In this document: positions 1 through 9,735 of the stretch, in pieces
Layout: the number at the start of each line of letters is the position of its first letter
Numbering within the stretch: position 1 is the stretch's first letter
NCBI GenBank assembly: GCA_041645165.1
Contig: JBAZQN010000003.1
Coordinates: 28,198 to 92,197, forward strand
Length of the DNA: 64,000 nt
Direction: 5' to 3'
Origin: Patescibacteria group bacterium
GTDB taxonomy: Bacteria; Patescibacteriota; Patescibacteriia; 2-02-FULL-49-11
Position numbers and translations under genes: made by a program
The notes under the pieces: generated by a model
Told to the model about the DNA's origin: nothing
Seen by the model: only the letters and a program-made list of their open reading frames with translations
The model's database searches: none

Positions 1-194
1 AAGTTCCGTCTGAATGTCTGCTTCTGACAACACAAGTCCGGGCGGGCAGCCATCAATGACCACGCCCACCCCGCCCCCGTGCGACTCGCCGAAGGTAGTA
101 ATGCGAAATAATTGTCCAAAACTATTACCAGGCATATGCACTGAAGATACAAGTTACAAGAGACAAACACCAAACAATTTCCAAGATACAATAA

Positions 195-1067
195 TCAATT
201 TGGGATTTTGAGTTTTGGGTATTGGTGATTATTTGTTACTTGTTTCTTGGTTATTTCGTTCAATGTCATCTTCATAACTTTAACAGGCGCATCACAACCA
301 GTAAATAATGTAAATGATAATATTGCCGTTTCTAAAAGCATTTCCGTACCAGGAATAACGAAACAACCTGCCTCTCTTGCCAATTTAGTCAAAGGCGTGC
401 TTTTGGCTGAATATACAATATCATACACCACTAATCCTTTCCGCAATAATTCCTTGCGTACGGGCGATCCTTGAACGCCATGCGGTAGGCCTATTGAGGT
501 CGCATTCACCAGAATATCGGTGGCAGCAATGAATGACGATAAATCATCAAGCGATCCCGCCGCATGCGCGCCAAATTCGCGGGCAAGCGCTTGAGCTTTA
601 TCTGCGGTGCGATTGAGAATAGACACGTAAGCATCAGCCTGCAAAAGCGCATAAACGATCGCCCGCGCAGCCCCTCCCGCGCCAAGCACGACTATGTGTT
701 CTCCTTTCACCTCGCCGATCGCGTGACGAAGCGTCGACATAAATCCCGGCGCATCCGTATTGTATCCCTTAAGCCTTCCTTCCTCGTTCACAATCGTATT
801 CACGGCGCCAATTGAGCGCGCATGATCATCAAGCGCGTCAAGAAAGGGAATCACGGTTTGCTTGTGCGGCACGGTTACATTGAGCCCCCGCACCCCGAGG
901 CTCCGCATGCCTTTGACTGCGGCTTCCACATCCTTCACCGGAAACGCGGCATAGATAAAATCCAAACCTAGCGCCTCAAACGCCGCATTATGGATCACGG
1001 GTGAAAGTGAATGATCTACCGGATCTCCTATGATGCCGCAAACTTTAGTTTTCGCGGTTATGTGCAT
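195..1067 (-). CDS. aroE: shikimate dehydrogenase
   Basis: Translation MHITAKTKVCGIIGDPVDHSLSPVIHNAAFEALGLDFIYAAF matches the AroE N-terminal substrate-binding motif; start at internal Met assumed (ORF extends to 1115). Confidence 0.85.
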   Translation of the reverse strand: MHITAKTKVCGIIGDPVDHSLSPVIHNAAFEALGLDFIYAAFPVKDVEAAVKGMRSLGVRGLNVTVPHKQTVIPFLDALDDHARSIGAVNTIVNEEGRLKGYNTDAPGFMSTLRHAIGEVKGEHIVVLGAGGAARAIVYALLQADAYVSILNRTADKAQALAREFGAHAAGSLDDLSSFIAATDILVNATSIGLPHGVQGSPVRKELLRKGLVVYDIVYSAKSTPLTKLAREAGCFVIPGTEMLLETAILSFTLFTGCDAPVKVMKMTLNEITKKQVTNNHQYPKLKIPN

Positions 1068-1584
1068 ACGACTTATGCTTATCAAACAATATATTGATAT
1101 CCCGAATAATGGCATGCGGAGCCTTGCCGCTTACATCGACCACCGCATCAGCCGCAGCGCGATACTGGGCTTCCCGTTCCTTCCATGTGCGCAGCATATC
1201 CTCTTCAAATGTTTCCGCATTGGTTAAATACGGGCGCTCCCCTTTCTCTCCCTGAAGGCGCTCCATAAGGCGCTCAACCGGCGCGTATAATAAAACCAAG
1301 AAGCCATTGATTTTCAGCCGCGTAACGCTTTCGTTGTTCATCACCACCCCACCGCCAGTCGCGATAACCGCCTTCTCGTCTCCTGCGACTTGAACAATCA
1401 CCTCAGCTTCGTGCCGCCGAAACGCATCCCAGCCCTCTTCGTTCACAAAATCCTCCAAGGAAACGCCTATGCGCTTCTCTATCAAGCTATCAGTATCCAA
1501 AAATGCATAGCCTAAAATATCAGCCAAGAGCTTCCCCACAGTTGATTTCCCGCTTCCCCGCATGCCGATTAATACTATGTTCAT
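1045..1584 (-). CDS. aroK: shikimate kinase
   Basis: MNIVLIGMRGSGKSTVGKLLA Walker A P-loop and size (179 aa) typical of AroK. Confidence 0.85.
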   Translation of the reverse strand: MNIVLIGMRGSGKSTVGKLLADILGYAFLDTDSLIEKRIGVSLEDFVNEEGWDAFRRHEAEVIVQVAGDEKAVIATGGGVVMNNESVTRLKINGFLVLLYAPVERLMERLQGEKGERPYLTNAETFEEDMLRTWKEREAQYRAAADAVVDVSGKAPHAIIRDINILFDKHKSYAHNREN

Positions 1585-1592
1585 ATTCGCAT

Positions 1593-1684
1593 GTCATTCC
1601 CGCGAAGGAGGGAATCTAGACAAAATAAACAAAAAACGATTATTTATTTTTAATTTCTGGATCCCCGATTAAATCGGGGATGAC
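1593..1684. repeat. family-1 TIR-bounded palindromic element (MITE/RPE-like), copy a
   Basis: gtcattcccgcgaagg(a/c)gggaat palindrome + AT-rich aaacaaa..tttgttt core + ggatccccgat..atcggggatgac palindrome; termini gtcattccc/gggatgac are inverted repeats. Same architecture at 9731, 11228, 12929, 48090. Confidence 0.6.
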
Positions 1685-1720
1685 AATGATGCGTGTTTCC
1701 CCAACGGGAAACCCGAATGA

Positions 1721-2980
1721 CTAGGCGTGTTTGCCAATGAGCATCCCGAGCGCTTCCCAAAACCCCGGATACGATTTGCTCACCACTTCCGCGTCCTGTA
1801 TCACCGTCTCCCCATCTGCCGCAAGCCCGGCAACCGCAAATGCCATTGCCATCCTATGGTCGCCGTGCGGATCAATCACTGCGCCTTTCAACTTTCCTCC
1901 GTGTATTTTTAACGAATCACCGTTCACCTCCGCGCGTATGCCCATCTTGGCAAGTTCTTCCGCAGGCGCGGCAAGGCGATCGCTCTCCTTCCCGCGCAGA
2001 TGGCCAATGTGGGTGATCACGCTCATACCCGGCGCAACCGCGGCAAGCACCGCAAGGGTAGGCACGAGATCAGGAACGTCGCAGCCGTCCACAGAAAATG
2101 GTTTTACTGATTTTGCGCCGCGCACCACCACTGCATTACGCTCATACTTTACTTCACATCCTACGCTGCGCAGAATGTCCAGTACTTTCCTATCCCCTTG
2201 CACAGATTCAGGCGCAAGTCCCAAAACCTTGACTTCGCCGCGAGTGACTGCGGCTGCGGCAAACCAATACTGTGCCGAAGAATAATCCCCTTCTATGGCA
2301 TACCTCCGTGCACGATACGATTGCCCCGGCTCAACCGTGAATTGATTGCCTTTCTGTTCTACCGCCACGCCAAGCTCTTTCAAAAGCGCGATCGTCAAAT
2401 CAATATACGGCCGTGAGTATATCGGCTCTTCCACTGCAATAGTCATTCCTTGCGGTAAGAAAGGTGCGATCATGAGCAGCGCAGATACAAATTGCGAACT
2501 GACATTTCCCGGCAGCCTCACCTTGCCGCCTTGCAATGCGCCTCCCCGTACCGTGATCCTCTTCGGCTCTTGGGTCACTTCTGCCCCCAACGTTTGAAGC
2601 GCATCATACAGTGGCTGCAAGGGGCGCTCTAACAATCGCACACCGCCGGTAATGATTGTTTCGCCTGGCGCCAGCGCTGCTAACGCGAGCGCAAATCGCA
2701 AGGTGGTGCCGGAAAGGCCGCATTCGAGGGGCCTTGAAGGAATACATAATGTCCCACCTGTGCCTTGCACTACCAGCTTTAATTCTTCCTGCTTTATTGA
2801 CGCGCCGAAACCCCTGCACGCGTCCATAGTTGCTTCCGTGTCATCCGCGTACAATATATTAGTTAACACAGATTCTCCTTTTGCGAGCGTTGCGAGCACT
2901 ATTGCGCGGTGCGTAATGCTCTTGGAGGGAGGCGTGACCACGACTCCTTCTATCTTTCCTGGAATTACAGTGACTTGCAT
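1721..2980 (-). CDS. aroA: 3-phosphoshikimate 1-carboxyvinyltransferase (EPSP synthase)
   Basis: KSITHRAIVLATLAKG...CGLSGTTLRFALALAAL motifs of class II EPSPS; start at MQVTVIPGK assumed (ORF to 3013). Confidence 0.88.
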   Translation of the reverse strand: MQVTVIPGKIEGVVVTPPSKSITHRAIVLATLAKGESVLTNILYADDTEATMDACRGFGASIKQEELKLVVQGTGGTLCIPSRPLECGLSGTTLRFALALAALAPGETIITGGVRLLERPLQPLYDALQTLGAEVTQEPKRITVRGGALQGGKVRLPGNVSSQFVSALLMIAPFLPQGMTIAVEEPIYSRPYIDLTIALLKELGVAVEQKGNQFTVEPGQSYRARRYAIEGDYSSAQYWFAAAAVTRGEVKVLGLAPESVQGDRKVLDILRSVGCEVKYERNAVVVRGAKSVKPFSVDGCDVPDLVPTLAVLAAVAPGMSVITHIGHLRGKESDRLAAPAEELAKMGIRAEVNGDSLKIHGGKLKGAVIDPHGDHRMAMAFAVAGLAADGETVIQDAEVVSKSYPGFWEALGMLIGKHA

Positions 2981-3087
2981 AATAAGCTTTATATTAGCGA
3001 GGATTGCTCTCACACAAACCCTCCGCAGACTCCGCCGGCATGGTGTCCGACGTAACGTCGGACCGGCGGAGGCGAGGCGGAGTGCGG

Positions 3088-3582
3088 TCAGCCGCTGGGC
3101 TGACCGACACGTGTTTGTGCTGAGGCAAGCCTCGCGACCAGATTCTCTAACCCTACCACGTAACTCTGCTCTTTTAACCCCATGACCCTTTCCGCCGCAA
3201 TATCGGCAATCACGGAAATCCTCCGGAACGGCTCCCGGTGCTCAATGTTAGACAAATGCACCTCCACGAGCGGAAGACCGGCGTCAACAAGCGCGTCCCT
3301 CAAGGCATAGCTGTAATGGGTGAGCGCCCCGGGATTGATGAGAATTCCATGCGCACCTCCCGCCTGTGCTTGAATAAAATCAATGAGCGCTCCTTCATGG
3401 TTTGACTGGAAAAACACGAGTTCTATCACCTCATGCCCCTCGCTTAATCTCCCTGCCTTCGCGCGCAACATATCCTCAATCGCACCCAACGTGAGCGAAC
3501 CGTACTGTACGGGGTCGCGTCTCCCCAGCATATTTAAATTTGGCCCGTTGATTACTAAAATACGCATAAGTTCATTGTTCAT
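3088..3582 (-). CDS. aroQ: 3-dehydroquinate dehydratase type II
   Basis: MRILVINGPNLNMLGRRDP...HLSNIEHREPFRR canonical type II DHQase motifs; 164 aa (start may be the Met at ~3567). Confidence 0.9.
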   Translation of the reverse strand: MNNELMRILVINGPNLNMLGRRDPVQYGSLTLGAIEDMLRAKAGRLSEGHEVIELVFFQSNHEGALIDFIQAQAGGAHGILINPGALTHYSYALRDALVDAGLPLVEVHLSNIEHREPFRRISVIADIAAERVMGLKEQSYVVGLENLVARLASAQTRVGQPSG

Positions 3583-3610
3583 TATTTGTAGCGGACTTGA
3601 ACCCAGAGGC

Positions 3611-3687
3611 GAAGGAATACCAATTTGTCGAGGATTTAGGCGCGAGGGTCGCTAGATCGCGTCCGCAGAAAAATTGTGTATTCCTGA
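3611..3687. repeat. family-2 TIR-bounded element, copy A
   Basis: gaaggaataccaattt(g/t)tcgaggatttaggcg...cgcgtccgcagaaaaattgtgtattcctga; imperfect ~17-bp terminal inverted repeats (aggaataccaattttt / aaaattgtgtattcct). Copies also at 5601-5676 and 50407-50504. Confidence 0.6.
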
Positions 3688-3717
3688 CCAAGAAACAACC
3701 TGGGTGAGCAAATACCA

Positions 3718-4821
3718 TTATTCACTGTTGAACATCCCTCGCAATGCTTCATGTACAATCTTACGCGGCACCTTGACCCCCGCCCTCGCCTTCCCAATCT
3801 TCTCCAACAGCACCCACCTTACGCTGCCACCTTGCGCCTTTTTATCATGCTGAAGAATATTTATCAGTCTTGCGATGTTCGTACGCGCGGGCAATCTCGT
3901 GGGTAGATTATAATGCGCCAATAACGATTCTACACGCGCGCAATCCTGCGTATTGAAACCTAATAATTCATTGCTTATCCTTACCGCCGCAACCATGCCG
4001 ATGGCGATTGCTTTGCCGTGCGGGAGTAAAAAATTGCTCATACTCTCCAGTGCGTGTCCCACGGTATGCCCGAAATTTAATAGTACCCTCTCGCCTTTTC
4101 GGTCGTTCGGGTCCCGCGCAACCGCCGCCGCCTTCGCCCGTACGCAAAATCCCACCACTTCGTCCCAGGGCATGCGATTGAAGGCACACTCCTCCAATCG
4201 CGCCGTGAATGTGCGGCTGCCTATCAATCCGTATTTAATTACTTCCGCCATGCCGTTAATAAGCTCATCTTGAGGGAGCGTCCTTAAAAACGTGGTGTCG
4301 CATACCACTGCCTTCGGCTGGTGAAACGTGCCAATCACATTTTTTATGCCCCGAAAGTCAACGCCGGTTTTGCCGCCAATCCCGCTGTCCACTTGTGCTA
4401 AAAGCGTTGTTGGCACCTCAATATAATCTATGCCTCGCAAATAAACGGACGCCACAAAACCCGTGAGGTCGCCTACCACGCCGCCGCCCAGCGCAACGAG
4501 GATGCCGTAACGATCAACTTTTTTCTGCTGCAGTATGCGCAAGCATCGCTCGGCAATGCGCAGTTCTTTCGAACGTTCTCCCGGCCTCAGCACAATGGTA
4601 TGCACGGGCACGCGCCCTTCGCGCAAGGTTCTCAAAACCCTTCCGTGCAGGCGCGCAACCGTGCGATCGGTAATGAGAACCACAGAGGTACGGGCATTGC
4701 CCCGTGCGAACTGAGGCAAAACGGCAAGCGCCCGATTTCCCGCGATGAGCGCACACGTGTTTTTCGCTGTTACGCGATAATGTATACGGATCATACCCCG
4801 TATATCAATATCCAACGCCAA
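3718..4821 (-). CDS. aroB: 3-dehydroquinate synthase
   Basis: GGGVVGDLTGFVASVYLRGIDYIEVPTTLLAQVDSGIGGKTGVDF NAD/metal-binding motifs of DHQS. Confidence 0.9.
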   Translation of the reverse strand: MALDIDIRGMIRIHYRVTAKNTCALIAGNRALAVLPQFARGNARTSVVLITDRTVARLHGRVLRTLREGRVPVHTIVLRPGERSKELRIAERCLRILQQKKVDRYGILVALGGGVVGDLTGFVASVYLRGIDYIEVPTTLLAQVDSGIGGKTGVDFRGIKNVIGTFHQPKAVVCDTTFLRTLPQDELINGMAEVIKYGLIGSRTFTARLEECAFNRMPWDEVVGFCVRAKAAAVARDPNDRKGERVLLNFGHTVGHALESMSNFLLPHGKAIAIGMVAAVRISNELLGFNTQDCARVESLLAHYNLPTRLPARTNIARLINILQHDKKAQGGSVRWVLLEKIGKARAGVKVPRKIVHEALRGMFNSE

Positions 4822-5029
4822 ACGTGGTTGGCATTGAAGTAAGCTTTAACATGAAAGCGACCTTGGTGTATTGAATCATAGTAAAATTTGTAGATAACGT
4901 TTGGCGATCAGTGAGGGAGGCTATGTAAAAATCTGCAATACGGTCAATCCTCATCCAGTAGTACTCCATCTATATTCTGCTTAAAGATTCCCGCCTCCCT
5001 CTTGGATGTTGTATTTCGGGGCATATGGT

Positions 5030-5317
5030 TCAGCGCTTTTGTGTCTGGCGCGATGATGCAATGATAATACCCATAAGCGTACGCACCTTTGACGCCGGGA
5101 GGCCCAGGGACCTGCCAAACTTCACGGCGCATGCGATTACCCGTTGTTCCCTTTCCCTGTCTTTTAAAGAAAGAGACTGGTCTAGTTTTAGTTTGCCGAT
5201 TTCACGCGCAACCTTCAAGCGCCTGGACCACAATCGCAATAAGGCGCGGTCAAGAGCGTCAATCTGTTTCCTTAAATGAGTGAGTGATTTAGAGTTCATA
5301 GGCTGCTCCTCGCTCAT
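5030..5317 (-). CDS. chorismate mutase (AroQ class)
   Basis: LRKQIDALDRALLRLWSRRLKVAREIGKLK matches CM type 2 helical motif; ~90 aa; immediately downstream of pheA. Confidence 0.7.
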   Translation of the reverse strand: MSEEQPMNSKSLTHLRKQIDALDRALLRLWSRRLKVAREIGKLKLDQSLSLKDREREQRVIACAVKFGRSLGLPASKVRTLMGIIIASSRQTQKR

Positions 5318-6310
5318 ACGTCCCCAACACCGTGAGGGTAACCGCTTCGTGCCTCAAGGCAGAGAGCGCCCGCGTGAGCGCTTCAGGCGAGAAGGTGTGT
5401 TCAAAATCCACATAGAACAAATATTCCCACGGCTTGCCGAGCAAAGGGCGCGATTCGACTTTGGTAAGATTCATGCCCCTGCCTGCGCACTGCACGAGGA
5501 AACGTGAGAGGCTCCCCGCGACGTGCGGAAGCGTGAGCAGGAGCGATACTTTATTTCCTTTCACCGCGGATAGTAAGTACTCACCGGCTTCAACGCGATG
5601 CGAAGGAATGCCAATTTTTCGAGGATTTAGGCGTTCAAGCTGCTTGGTCGCGTCCGCAGAAAAATTGTGCATTCTGAAGCGGGATGACTTTGGATGAGCA
5701 GTTATCGCAGATATCGGCTTTTTTGCAGGTTTTATAATAGCGCCGAAGCGGGTATAATTCTCGCGATCGGTCTCAATATGGTCGGCAACTACCGACAAGC
5801 CGTACAATGACGCCGCCACCCTGCTCGCGATTGCCGCCTCATCCTGGCGCCTACGGAGCGCCACCTCCCGCGCCGCGCCCGCGGTATCGCGGAATGATAT
5901 AACTTCTATCCAGGGATGGCGCTTAAGAAATTCCTCGCATTGGTCAAGCGCTTGAGGATGCGAGTAGACGCGCCGGATTTGGCGGATTCTTTTCGCGCCG
6001 CCCGCGTGCGCAGAATTTGCAAGCAGGTTATGGGATATGCGCAAAAATATTTCTCCGTCCAAGACAAGCGAGTGGCGTGCAAGCAAATCATAAATGCGAT
6101 GGATGGTGCCGGCGACCGAATTCTCCAAAGGCACGATACCCTGCAGAGCCTTGCCTTTTGCCACTGCCTTGAAAACCTCGTCAAATGAGGGACAAGGTAT
6201 CATCGCCGCGTGTATCCCAAAATATTTCTGTGCCGCGATTTCGCTGTACGCGCCATGTTCTCCTTGGAAAGCGATTTTATTCCGTTTAGGTAATGAATTT
6301 TTTGTCATAA
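5289..6310 (-). CDS. pheA: prephenate dehydratase with C-terminal ACT domain
   Basis: NKIAFQGEHGAYSEIAAQKYFG PDT N-terminus and VSLLLTLPHVAGSLSRFLVQCAGRGMNLTKVESRP ACT motif; start at MTKNSLPKRNKIAF assumed (ORF open to 6476). Linker contains in-frame family-2 repeat. Confidence 0.85.
5601..5676. repeat. family-2 TIR-bounded element, copy B, inside pheA coding sequence (in frame)
   Basis: gaaggaatgccaatttttcgaggatttaggcg...cgcgtccgcagaaaaattgtgcattctga; translated on minus strand as [34 protein letters not shown] within PheA linker. Confidence 0.65.
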
Positions 6311-6480
6311 TTTCTTTCCTACCTTTCTCTCTTCTTAGAGCGAGTGTTGGCTGTAACGAAAAGCGTCTCGGAGGTTTTGCGGGCATGGGTCCCGCGAAGC
6401 GGGAGAGCAAAACCGAGAGCCGAGCGGTAATTTCCTCGCTGGGGAAATTGACCGCGTCTTTTCGTGGCGGCCACACTCGC

Positions 6481-7401
6481 TTACGTCGCCACCGTTCTTC
6501 CTATCGCGCCCGCAATGGTATTTATTTCTCGCATCAGCTGGTTAAGCGCCTCAATGGATATCGCTTGCTCTGCGTCTGAAATGGATTTATCCGGATCTAT
6601 GTGGCACTCGATAAGCAGCCCGTCTGCCCCCGCGGCAATGGCCGCTCTACTCATCGCGGGCACCAAATCGCGCCTGCCAGTACCGTGTGAAGGGTCCACG
6701 ATGATGGGCAAGTGGGTTTCATTTTGCAAATAAGGCACCGCATTCAGGTCAAGCGTAAACCGCAGCTCAGTGACATGCGTGCGGATGCCGCGTTCGCAGA
6801 GCATCACATTTGCATTGCCTCCGGTGAGAATATATTCTGCGGCGAGCAAAAATTCCTTGTAGGTGGAATGCATGCCGCGCTTTAAGAGCACGGGATGTTT
6901 TGTGCGCCCGACCTCTCGCAAAAGTGTATAATTCTGCATGTTCCGCGCGCCGATTTGGAGTATGTCCGCATATTCCACAATAAGATCCACATCCCTGGGG
7001 TCCATCACTTCCGTGATGGAGCGCAATCCAGTAGAACGCGCCGCTTTCTGGAGAAGCTGGAGCCCTCTCTTCCCCAACCCTTGGAAATCATACGGGCCGG
7101 TGCGGGGCTTAAATGCCCCACCGCGCAGCACCGTGCCGCCCGCCTCTTTTACCGCTTTCGCAATCAGCGTAATCTGCTCTTCGTTTTCCACCGAACACGG
7201 CCCTGCCATTATCACCACCTGCGGCCCTCCCACCAGCAGCCCTTGCACGTCAATCACTGTCTTCTCATCTCCGGAAGTATGCGCAAGCCGGTATGGTTTG
7301 AGAGGAGACGACTCTGCAGGCAATATTCCGTTGTCACTCTTAGGTGATTCTAACACTGTTTTCACTCTCTTAATGACTTTTTCTTTCATGATAGTTGGCA
7401 T
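6481..7401 (-). CDS. 3-deoxy-7-phosphoheptulonate (DAHP) synthase, class I-beta / KDO8PS-like
   Basis: [14 protein letters not shown]...[17 protein letters not shown]...[20 protein letters not shown] typical of Bacillus/Thermotoga-type DAHP synthase; 306 aa. Confidence 0.85.
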   Translation of the reverse strand: MPTIMKEKVIKRVKTVLESPKSDNGILPAESSPLKPYRLAHTSGDEKTVIDVQGLLVGGPQVVIMAGPCSVENEEQITLIAKAVKEAGGTVLRGGAFKPRTGPYDFQGLGKRGLQLLQKAARSTGLRSITEVMDPRDVDLIVEYADILQIGARNMQNYTLLREVGRTKHPVLLKRGMHSTYKEFLLAAEYILTGGNANVMLCERGIRTHVTELRFTLDLNAVPYLQNETHLPIIVDPSHGTGRRDLVPAMSRAAIAAGADGLLIECHIDPDKSISDAEQAISIEALNQLMREINTIAGAIGRTVAT

Positions 7402-7647
7402 ATGTGTGGCGTATAAAGGCGTAATAATGGCGTGAATTGGCTTCTATAAAACATTAAACTCCCCCGTGTTTGGGAGAGTCATACTATCGCGAGGCTTGAA
7501 CTATCTTTATTTATTCATATACGACAAATCTCCCAAACGGTTAGTCGGGCTAAAGAAAAACCAAAAATAATTGTTGGAGAATTGTGCGCTTTGCATAATT
7601 AAAAATTTATACTCTACCAAAACAGATAAAAGCTCCACTTTCTCTTT

Positions 7648-8031
7648 TTATTTAGCATTTTTATCCTTTTCTTCGGAGGACGTCTGCATACCAAGCCTAT
7701 CTCTTTCAAAATCAGAAACTGCTTTGAGCGCTTCATCTGCGCGCTGTTTAAGTTTATCGTACTCTTCATTGAGTGCTCCTGCTTCCTCCTGACCAGCCCC
7801 AACCAGCTTATTCAGTCTCTGCCGTAAGAGCGCCATGTACTCATAGTTATGCGACAAACCCTGCCTCTTTGTCCTCTCCCAAAATTCTGTCACTGGTGCA
7901 TCTTTCGATAGTCCTTCTTTTCTCACTTGATCCGTTTCTTCATGCATGGATTTATTTTCCTCTGCGACTTGCCTAGCATCATCATATACTTCTGCGACTT
8001 TCTCTGGATCCCAATTTTCTTTTTTCCACAT
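7648..8031 (-). CDS. hypothetical charged helical protein
   Basis: 127-aa ORF, highly charged (E/K/R rich), no recognisable motif. Confidence 0.45.
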   Translation of the reverse strand: MWKKENWDPEKVAEVYDDARQVAEENKSMHEETDQVRKEGLSKDAPVTEFWERTKRQGLSHNYEYMALLRQRLNKLVGAGQEEAGALNEEYDKLKQRADEALKAVSDFERDRLGMQTSSEEKDKNAK

Positions 8032-8046
8032 AGGTGCAAAATTTAT

Positions 8047-8169
8047 TCACGACCGCTGATCTCCGGACGCGTCTTTCTTCTCCTTATAGAAGAGTGTCGG
8101 CCATGAAATCGCCACAAGCCCTGCCAGGATGATGGCGAGTATGATGATAATGTGTGCGTAGGGATTCAT
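8047..8169 (-). CDS. possible small single-TM peptide
   Basis: ATG..TGA ORF MNPYAHIIIILAIILAGLVAISWPTLFYKEKKDASGDQRS (40 aa), hydrophobic core; not in provided track (below size cut-off). Confidence 0.25.
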   Translation of the reverse strand: MNPYAHIIIILAIILAGLVAISWPTLFYKEKKDASGDQRS

Positions 8170-8224
8170 ACACTTTTATTAAACATCTTCACGAAACAAT
8201 ATTACCACACGCCTTATAACCATG

Positions 8225-8596
8225 TCAAATCGGGCGGACGGAAAGGTCGGGAATCCTTCGAAAATCGCGCACATTCCTCGTCACGAGACTCGTGCCAGTG
8301 AAGAGCGCAGTGGCAGCAATCGTGCTGTCCGCGAGTGAGAGGCGATAGGTGCGCCGGATAAATCCAGTGATGCGTGCAATGCGCGAGTCGAGCGAAATCA
8401 CCGCGAGCGTGCTCAATAACCTTTCGATCCGATTTTCTTCCTCGATACTCAAATCCGGAAATCCGAAAAGTTCCGCCTCGGTGAGCGCCGACACATACAC
8501 GGTGATCGGCTCGTTGAGCAGTCCGCTCAAGATTGCGGCCGCATGAGGGTCGTCCTTGAGGTAATAGATGATCGCGTTGGTGTCGAGCGTGTACAC
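8225..8596 (-). CDS. vapC: PIN-domain toxin (VapC-like)
   Basis: YTLDTNAIIYYLKDDP...SLADSTIAATALFTGTSLVTRNVRDF: PIN acidic residues (D..E..D..N/D) pattern; start likely GTG ~8596 just after upstream antitoxin stop (track ORF extends to 8638). Confidence 0.7.
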   Translation of the reverse strand: MYTLDTNAIIYYLKDDPHAAAILSGLLNEPITVYVSALTEAELFGFPDLSIEEENRIERLLSTLAVISLDSRIARITGFIRRTYRLSLADSTIAATALFTGTSLVTRNVRDFRRIPDLSVRPI

Positions 8597-8610
8597 AAAC
8601 AGAATGTGCG

Positions 8611-8814
8611 CTACGCCTCCGCTGACGTCCGCTCCCACTCACGACGCATCTTCCGCAAGGTGAGGATGGGATCGGGTTTCCGGCGCTTCCACATCCCGCG
8701 TGCCTGTTCCCAGACGCGTGTACGGTCATTGCCGCGCAGGAGTAAGCGAAGATTCGCTTCCGCGTCACCTTTTGTACGTTCTTTTATTGGAGTCGAAATG
8801 ACAGAATATGACAT
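8611..8814 (-). CDS. putative antitoxin partner of VapC
   Basis: 67-aa ORF ending 14 bp before the PIN gene start, basic C-terminus (WKRRKPDPILTLRKMRREWE); classic TA gene arrangement. Confidence 0.5.
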   Translation of the reverse strand: MSYSVISTPIKERTKGDAEANLRLLLRGNDRTRVWEQARGMWKRRKPDPILTLRKMRREWERTSAEA

Positions 8815-8907
8815 AAAACGCCTTTTATAACCCTTACATCAATATAACTATACCCCATTCTCAAGCGTCCATCAAGTGTGTGGGGGTACTGTGTGCGGGG
8901 TACTACG

Positions 8908-9735
8908 TCAATTTATCCCTTCGCCTGCGTCCACCAACGTCCTCAAATATTTCTTTACCGCATCAATCCCTTGCCCCTGCGGCACTTTATTAAACACATC
9001 CAGCACCGCGCTGCCGACGATGGCGACATCAGCCCCCGCCTCTTTGAGTGTCTTGATATGCTCATGTGTTGAAACGCCAAATCCCACCGCGATGGACACA
9101 TCCTTATGCGCCCGAATTCTTTGAAGATGGTGCGCAAGCTCCTTATGGAGCGACGCGCGCGCGCCGGTCGTTCCTTTCTGCCCGATGAAATAGAGAAACT
9201 GGTTTGGCTTATCCAGTACTTTCTCAACTCGCTCGTCCGTGCTCACGGTGGAAAGAAACCGCATCGCTACTAAACCAGAACGCGCTGCGTGCTCCAAAAA
9301 ATGATCATGCGCTTCTTCATCAATCGGAATATCAGGAACGATGAGCCCGCTCACCCCCACCTCTGCCGCATCTCTACAAAATTGCTCGACGCCGTAATGA
9401 AAGACAAGATTAAAATACGTCATAAATAGGAGAGGTATTTTACAGTGTGCCCCAACCAAATTCTGCGCCGCGGCAAACGCATCCTTCACCTTGAATCCTC
9501 TCTTAAGCGAGACTTCATTTGCCTTCATTATCGTCGGCCCGTCAGCCAAGGGATCTGAAAAAGGAATCTGCAGCTCGATAAAATCAACGCCCGCCCCTGC
9601 CATCGCATGCACAAGCCCAATGGAATCCTGCAGCGACGGATAGCCCAAGACAATATGGGCCATGATCCCTAATCTTTTCTCCTCTTTTATTTTATTGAGT
9701 CGTGTAATAATCTTGTTCATATTCACGTGTGTCAT
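8908..9735 (-). CDS. trpA: tryptophan synthase alpha chain
   Basis: GIMAHIVLGYPSLQDSIGLVHAMAGAGVDFIELQIPFSDPLADGPTIMKA canonical TrpA motifs (start may be the Met at 9720). Confidence 0.9.
   Translation of the reverse strand: MTHVNMNKIITRLNKIKEEKRLGIMAHIVLGYPSLQDSIGLVHAMAGAGVDFIELQIPFSDPLADGPTIMKANEVSLKRGFKVKDAFAAAQNLVGAHCKIPLLFMTYFNLVFHYGVEQFCRDAAEVGVSGLIVPDIPIDEEAHDHFLEHAARSGLVAMRFLSTVSTDERVEKVLDKPNQFLYFIGQKGTTGARASLHKELAHHLQRIRAHKDVSIAVGFGVSTHEHIKTLKEAGADVAIVGSAVLDVFNKVPQGQGIDAVKKYLRTLVDAGEGIN

Noticed and set aside
8214-8768. 184-aa ORF overlapping the VapBC region in another frame
   Set aside because: Arg/His/Cys-rich low-complexity translation lying entirely within two better-supported genes; typical out-of-frame artefact.
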